This document shows positions 56,831 through 64,000 of a stretch of 64,000 nucleotides of DNA, piece after piece (within the stretch, counting starts at the first letter, position 1; each line of letters opens with the position of its first letter). Source of the DNA: the human T2T-CHM13v2.0 reference genome, Homo sapiens. The stretch lies in assembly GCF_009914755.1 (NCBI RefSeq), contig NC_060927.1; one strand, given 5' to 3'. Position numbers and translations under genes: made by a program. Below the pieces are notes generated by a model. That model had not been told where the DNA came from, searched no databases, and was given only the letters and a program-made list of their open reading frames with translations.

Positions 56831-59800
56831 GGTAGTCTCTTTTTTATTCACCAAATCACAGATGCTTATTGATTTACCACTTACCACTTTTATCACATCT
56901 TAGTCTAAAATTAGACACTTCCTTTAAGTTTTTTATTTCCCTTTATTCTTCTTTGGGAGAGGAAAAATAGTTTGTCCCAATTGTCACATGTTTGAAGACT
57001 ATCTTTTCTTGAATAATTTTCTCAGAAAACACAGAAAATTTCCATCACTCCTTTAAAATGGCAATTATATCTTACTCTCTGAAGACTTGTTAGAATAAAA
57101 GATTCCTGACAGCTGATTAGGAAAGTGACATATATTTTACTTCCTTTCAGATGAAACCTTCTAAAAATGTATTTACTTACCAGGGGCAGTGACAGCCTGT
57201 CTGGCAAAAATAATTGATATCCTTTCTGGTTATTGTAGAAGGGGAACAATGAAACAAGAAAGACCTTGCTCCTATCTTCAGAGATGAATAAACTGGAAGA
57301 AACTCATTGTCATTAAATTAAAATTTTCTTTTAGGTACATCTGGCCGTTGACACATTCTTGTATAATGTTAGTAACTCTGCCTCATCAGGCTTGGTGTAG
57401 TATTTTCAAAACATGCATATTCTGCCTTTGAGATAAGGTAAAAAATATCTGAAATATCTGGAAGTCAGGAAGTTTATATATTACCATATACCCCTGAAAT
57501 ATCATAGAAGTTAAATATAGTTTGACTTCAATAATCAGATTAATATATACAAGAGTCTTTTGAAAGGATGTTCACTTTTGAATAAAATTTGAGCTGGAAT
57601 GCTGGTTCTAGTATTCATAAGCTAAATGATCATAAGGAAGTTACTCCTTTTGAATTTTTACTTTTGACATATGTAAAATAGATAAGGCTATAGTGCTTCC
57701 TTTTCTGTAGTCACGCATAAGAAATTTTATAAATATTATTAATTATGATGGGGTAGCCTTAAATGTGGTTTCGATACTTATCTTTACAAAACGCAAGAAT
57801 AAAAACAGCAACTTCTAAGAAAGGATCTCTCTCTTCTGCTTTAAGAAACAAATTAAACCTGCTTGTTACTAGTATATTAATGATTTATTTTTAAAGGGCT
57901 ACAGCCAAAGATGTTACAATTGTTCTTTTAAGCACCATTATTTTCAGAGAAATATTTACATTAATTTTTAAAGATGTTGCTGTAAACCCCCCTTTTTTCT
58001 TAGCACTTTAACCCCATCTAGATCAAACTATTATCTGCAGATGTATTGATGTATATGCTTTCTTGGCTTTTGGACTGCCATCACAACTCAGCGTTTCTCA
58101 TTTATAACTTGGTACAGAGAGGTTATTCATTAATCTAGAACTATAACTAATTCATGGCAAACTTGGGAACCAGGATCTGAGCTACTACTCTGCCAAATTC
58201 CATATTTTTAAGCATTATAGAATATCCTTATTTTTATAGTAAAACATTCTACTATACATAAATCAGTATGTGGCTGATGCCACAGAACACAGTCATGGGG
58301 CATCTGTAGAAGTCATGCTTTGTTGACCTAATGGAATCTCTGTCTTCAGAGAAGTAAAAACTTGGTTGTTTCTGTAGGTTATAAAGTTCCAAGCCATTGC
58401 TTGCCACCTGAGAGCATTAATTCCATTATATTGGTTGTTTCCATAGTTAAGGAGTGGCTTGTTAGAGTGCTAACTGTCTATGTCTCTTCCCCAGGCCATT
58501 AGGTAATAAATTGGATATAATATATAATTTTTAAGTTTTTTCAATAATGAAAGATATTATGTAAAATTCTCTGCACTCAAATGATCTTCAGCCATCTCAT
58601 ATAATCTCATTTTCTGACCTGTGAAAACTACAAAAGCTCCCAGGTTTTTAGAAGAGACTCCATTTTGCCACTAGGCTTGTCACTTCTCTCCTTTTAGAAT
58701 GTTTGACTTTGGGAACTCATAAATAGGCTTTTTTTACTTGCTTAGATGAATGTTTTATTAAATTTGACCTTGAGTCCTTTAACTTCTAAATAGCAGTCTA
58801 ATTTTTAATGACTCTTGAGAGATCAATAGCTTTTCTAAAATTTTATATTGTTATGCTAATAACTTTTCCATGTGTATTCTTTATAATCTTGATGGTTAAT
58901 ATTATAAATCATAAATTTATTAAAACATTAAATACTGACATTGATTTTTAAGATCCAATGGATTAGAATTTCATATTTTTCAGCATATTATAACATAAAA
59001 TACATTGCTATATTTTGTCACTTACTTTGCATTATTGTTTGTCTCATTATGAAATTTAGTACTGTTTGTCTCATTTGTGAATTGAGGTAACTGAAGTGAG
59101 GAGGTTGACCTGACCAATGAAAGGTCCTATAACTAGTTAGTGAAAAAACAAAGCAAATATGTGTTAGAATGCCATCTCCACTGTTAAATACTGACAGTAA
59201 TACATAGTTCCTATTAACAGGGTAATTTGTATCTAGTAGATCAAGTTTTATTCCTTGACAATTATGCCCTTTATTGTTTCCTGATAACATAAAAGGTTCA
59301 TGCTGCTGATGAATTTTGCAAATAGTATCTGTCCAGTGTACCGAATTTTCAGATTTAGAATCTGCCCCATAGCAGTTACAAGCATTCTGTGCTACTACAT
59401 GAAAAAAGTGTGAATGAGTATTTCTTGAACAATAACAGATTTCAGTTGAAATGTTAGATGAATATACACAAAACAATTCCATTTAATCACTTAGACTAGA
59501 GCAAATTCTAAAGCATCCATTATATTCCCAGTCAAAATTCGCTACGTTATTTTATTTCTCCTTTGGGAGAACAATGTAATTTCCATCATTGCAGATTCTC
59601 AAAATAAATTATAGTTGAAAAAGCCACAGAGTTTCCAACCAAACTTTCACCAGCCTATTGCATCCCCCTTGTTTTGGTGGAGAATCAAAGAAGGGAAACT
59701 GTATTTCCAGTGGAGAAGCCACAATAAAGCCTTTATGTAGAAGCCAAAGTTAAAATGATGCCAACAGGCAGATGGAAACCAAGTCTGAATGAGGAAATTC

Positions 59801-60358
59801 TGAGCCAGGCATCTTGCTGTGGCTGTAATGTAGCCCGGTTGTGCCCTGATTTCTCTGTCCTTATTACTGGGATTGCAGTTACTTATGAATTGAATTCCCA
59901 CGTAGTTATCTTGCTGTTATTGTAAAATGCCACATGATATTTTGTGCTAAGTCAATAAATGCCTCATGCCAACACTGTGTTTATTTTGGGTTTGTAATCT
60001 CTGTGCTTTTACCCTTTTTCTGACATTTTCCAAGTCTCTCTCTGCAAATCAGCTGGCCATGAAGCAGAGCTTCCTTTCAGCAATTGACAGTCTGCTGCTG
60101 CAGACCTAACCACCAATTCACACCCCAGGGGACTATCCACCCCAGGAAGAGATTTGCTCTCAGTCCTCTGACACCTCAGTTAGTTTAAAAATTACTCCTA
60201 GAATTTAGACTTCTTGCAGGTAATTCTTAGAGAAACATAAAAAGAAATTGGTTGTTTGAAGTGTAGGTTTAAAAATAAAGAAAAGCAATAAAGCAGGATC
60301 ATTTGAATTGGAAAAATATAGGAGATTTCAAAGAGGTCATTGGATACATTTTTTAATT

Positions 60359-61653
60359 CATTGACTTTCAAACACTTTTGAGCATGATCCACAATATGAA
60401 ATACAGTTTACAGTGTTACTTATTATATATCCATATATACATGATAATTGAAACCAGTTTTATCAAACAATACTTACCTAGTATTATATAGGATTGTCAA
60501 AGTATAATATTAAAAAGTTAAAATATTCTTATAGGTGATGCTTATGCTTCAACTTGACTGGATTAAGGGATGCCTAGGTAGCTGGTGAAACATTGTGTCT
60601 GGGTCTGTCTGTAAGGGTGCTTCTGGAAGAGATTAGCATTTGAATCAGTAGACTACTCACTAGATTCAAGAATATTTGCTCTCACCAGTGTAGGCAGGCA
60701 TTATTCAGCCAATCCATTGAGGGAACAGGTAAAACAAAAAGGCAGAGAAAGGGTTTATTCTCTCCCTTTCTCTCTCTTCTTCAGTTGGAAGATTCATCTT
60801 CTCCTGCCTTTGGACACCAGAGCTCTTAGTTCTCAGGCCTTTGGACTCTGGGACTTACACCAGTGCCCCCACCACTTCCCCTGCACTCCTTCATTCTCAA
60901 GCCTTTAGCCTTGAAGGTGAATTACACTATTGGCTTTTCTGATTCTCCAGCGTGTAGACAACATATTACGGGATTTCTCAGGCTCCATAATCTCATCAGT
61001 CAATTCTCATTATAAATATCCTCTTCTCATACCTATATGTATTCTATTAGTCATATTTCTCTAGAAAACCCTGACTAATACATCATAGAAAAGTAAAATG
61101 AGCACATCCAGAATTTTATTTAACTTACTAATAAGACATCCAATAGGATTTTAAGATTATAAGATTATTTGAAGTGCTAGATGTTTATGAACAATTTAAT
61201 GAAAAGATATTAAGATTACTAGGTTAGATAGAAAACTGATTAATGTACTAAAGGACAATTAACCATAAAATTTAGTGTTATCTATTTACTGGACAGAAAT
61301 AATTTGCATCTATACTTAATAAAAATGTATAATTTAACATGCATTTTTACTAAATCTTGGATTCTTTATTAGTAGTGAGTCAAACTAAGTTCATTTCCCT
61401 GAATAATTCTTGGTTGTAACAATAATGGGCCATATGAGCCAGTAATGCCCATGGGTGATATAGAAAGATATACTGCCCAACTTTTTAACTTCTTTCTTCC
61501 AAATTTGACTAATTTTTTAAATAGAATGTGTTCCAATATTTTCTATTACAGTCTGTTGTATTCGGGTCTATTTCATTTTTCAAAATACTGGTACAGCTCA
61601 CTAAATTATCTTCATAAGCCGTAGTAGGTTATGACCCAACTTAAATGATACTA
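60359..61653. mobile_element. Old hAT-Charlie-like element split into two parts (60359-60490 and ~61525-61653)
   Basis: CTTTCAAACACTTTTGA...AAACAATACTTACC and CAAAATACTGG..CACTAAATT..TATGACCC resemble the two halves of one Charlie-type consensus. Confidence 0.45.
60534..61082 (+). mobile_element. MLT2B-like ERVL solo LTR
   Basis: TCAACTTGACTGGATTAAGGGATGCC...GAAGAGATTAGCATTTGAATCAGTAGACT...AACCCTGACTAATACA; near-TSD TTATA/TCATA. Confidence 0.88.
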
Positions 61654-62089
61654 CAATATAAAAATATCATGACTGCAAATACTGCCTAAGAGAGGCAAGT
61701 TTTTTTCTCCATGTTAAGAATAAAAAATTAACAAGAAAAAAGAGAAGGGTGGGGAGGGAGAAAGAGGAGAAGCAAGGAGAGAAGAGAGCCCCAGCAATCT
61801 ATCTTCAGGGATGTCAGCATTTTTTAAAGTGATAAGACTTTTTATAAAAGTCACATTTCTTTTCCCTCACAGAGCACAAATTTTGTTTACGTTGCAACTG
61901 AGGCTCTTTTTCTCCTATTTAGAGGGGAATTTAGACAATTTGTAGAGATTTGCAGCTGTGAGAGAAGATTTTTTTAGAACTACTATTTCATTATACAGGT
62001 TAGCAAACTGACTTAAAAGTAAGATGACCTGCTTCAACACCCAGAAATTCCATAGGGAAGTCCCTGCGTGTAACTATGTATGAGGAGAA

Positions 62090-62270
62090 CAGTCCCTGGA
62101 CTCAGGAAGGTGTGGGCCTCAGTTGTGAGTGAGTCACCAGATAGGAAACTTCAGGCAAAGCCATTATATTTCTGGTCTGAATTACCACATCTCTAAAATG
62201 GGACAAAAGCCATTATTAAGATTAAAAGATGAACTATACATGAATGTCCTTGTAAAACTGAAAATGTAGT
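62090..62270 (+). mobile_element. MIR SINE fragment
   Basis: GGCAAAGCCATT...CACATCTCTAAAATGGG...AAGATTAAAAGATG. Confidence 0.5.
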
Positions 62271-63689
62271 TTTAATTATTTCCGAGATTTTTATCCAGTG
62301 CACGTTTTCCCATCCCTGGATATCCTGTAATACATAAAATATAGATGATGGACTATTTGCATATACTTAGAGTCATTGAGATCATATGTACAAGGTCTAG
62401 GCAAGTCTAGTTAGTTTTATAAGTACATTCTCTGTTCTACATACAGGTCCATATTTAAATATACAAAGATGTGATAGCTATTATTACTAATAGATCATCA
62501 CTGTAAAATGCTCTAAAATTTCCAAGTTAAAAAGCACCATTCTGATAAAATGTACTATTATTATATAAGGCTTTCAACCTGTGGAGCTTCTAATTATGCT
62601 TTTCATGCATAAAAAATGCAACTGGAAAAACTGATAAATGGCCAACAGCTACTTCCCTGCTGATTACACAAAATTTCATTATGGTAGAACATTTAAGAAT
62701 TTAATTCTGAGCTCTCTCAGGAATAGTCTGTAAAATGTTTTGCTTAGGTCTCTTTTTAAGCACAGAATCTCAGCTGAAATAAAAGGTGTATTGAGCCTTT
62801 GCCATAAGCAAAGTTAAGTCATTAAGTCAGAAAAGATGAGTTTGAAAATGACAGGTAAAGACAGAAGCAATAAATATCACCAAAACATGCCCAAATGTTT
62901 TCTTCTCTCATTTTTAGAGTGACAATAGTTATTGAGGTAGAAATGAGGTCGTTTTACTGCAAAGATTACTCTCCTGATTCCTAATTAATATTTTTTTTAA
63001 TTTCCCATAAATATTAGGAAAAATATTCTAGACATATTTGTGCCTTTTACAAAGTGCTTTAGGAAGTTGCTGTAATGGGCTTCTTTAGTATTGTGTTTTT
63101 CAGTGTCTTCTTTCACTCCTTCCATCTTCTCTGATTCTCCTGTTTACATAAAAGAAAAGAGAATATTTAAGTCCTAATGTGTCTATAGTACTTGAAGCTT
63201 CAACATTGGGCAGATGCCATTTTCCTGTTTTTTAACTGGAAAAGCAGGTCCCAGACAGATAGCCTTGGGATCTCTATGGGAATGTGGAGGCTGCATCTGA
63301 GAACCAGCAACAGTGGAGCCTAGGCTAGTATACCACAGAGTATTTATCCCTAGCTTTGAAGCATGAATCCAAAATGTTTATATGCCATTAGAATATCAGA
63401 AATCTTCATTTGGTTTCTCCATTGTGTTACTTGAGTGTACACCATTTTCTATGTCACTTCCTGTTGCTATGTTCTGGACATCTTATTCTCTTCCTTTCCA
63501 AGAATGTAGGAGAAAGATCAGTTACTTGATTTATACCTGAAAAACTGTCTTCTTTTACTCCTACTGAGATATTCTGACCCTTTGCTGCTAACCCATTCTC
63601 AGTCACACTCCTGCTTTCCTCTCTACCTGATGTTCCAGCCACAGAACACACCACACACTTTCCTTCCTGTGTAAATGCAAAGCATTTGG

Positions 63690-63850
63690 TGTAGGGAAGA
63701 TCACAGGGTTAGAATCAGCTTAACCTGTGCTTGAGTCCTGTTGCTTACCAGCTGGATAACCTTCACAAGTTTACCATTTCTTGTAGCCTCAGCTTTCTGC
63801 TCTGTAAGAGAGATGAAACCTCACAGGACTTGTGGAAATGAGTGACTACT
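63690..63850 (+). mobile_element. MIR SINE fragment
   Basis: CTTACCAGCTGGATAACCTTCACAAGTT...GCCTCAGCTTTCTGCTCTGTAAG...ACCTCACAGG. Confidence 0.55.
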
Positions 63851-64000
63851 ACCTGCAAGATTCATGCTGCTCAAGAGCCCCCTTTGCAGGGCTTTTGAGA
63901 AACGTGCTTCCCTATGACCAGTGCTCCTGGATTTTACACATCCTTTCCTGTCTCTTCTCTTCTTTTTTTCTATTAAATTAATATCCTGTAGTTGGAAAAT

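Noticed and set aside
59018-59482. 154-aa ORF, the longest in the window
   Set aside because: No recognisable domain, partly overlaps a MIR-like fragment; consistent with chance.

Overview
AT-rich primate DNA (human or great ape) with no intact protein-coding gene. The anchor is the miR-551b hairpin at 29794-29889 (+), whose arms match the hsa-miR-551b-5p and -3p sequences as I recall them. From established knowledge this places the window inside a large intron of EGFEM1P (3q26.2), paralogous to miR-551a in MEGF6. I found no EGF or EMI exon by eye. Much of the rest is interspersed repeats (Alu, L1, L2, MIR, MaLR/ERVL LTRs, hAT and Tigger DNA transposons). The main structure is a ~15 kb minus-strand ERV complex at 36997-51969. 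A decayed but complete LTR-gag-pro-pol-env-LTR class I provirus (40079-49019, EnvV-like env, tRNA-Leu-like PBS) is nested in the pol remnant of a non-autonomous MER57-type provirus. The apparent 5' LTR of the outer element is preceded not by a PBS but by a second copy of ~200 bp of host DNA that flanks its 3' LTR, which records an old local duplication or conversion. Smaller oddities: a TSD-flanked orphan polyadenylated insert in env, an Alu+L1PA unit inside one TSD, a new (GGGGGCCA)4 G4 motif, a chimeric Alu, and splice-site-like signals overlapping the miRNA hairpin. I see no evidence of a new multi-gene biological system. Repeat subfamily names come from remembered consensus sequences and need RepeatMasker/Dfam confirmation.
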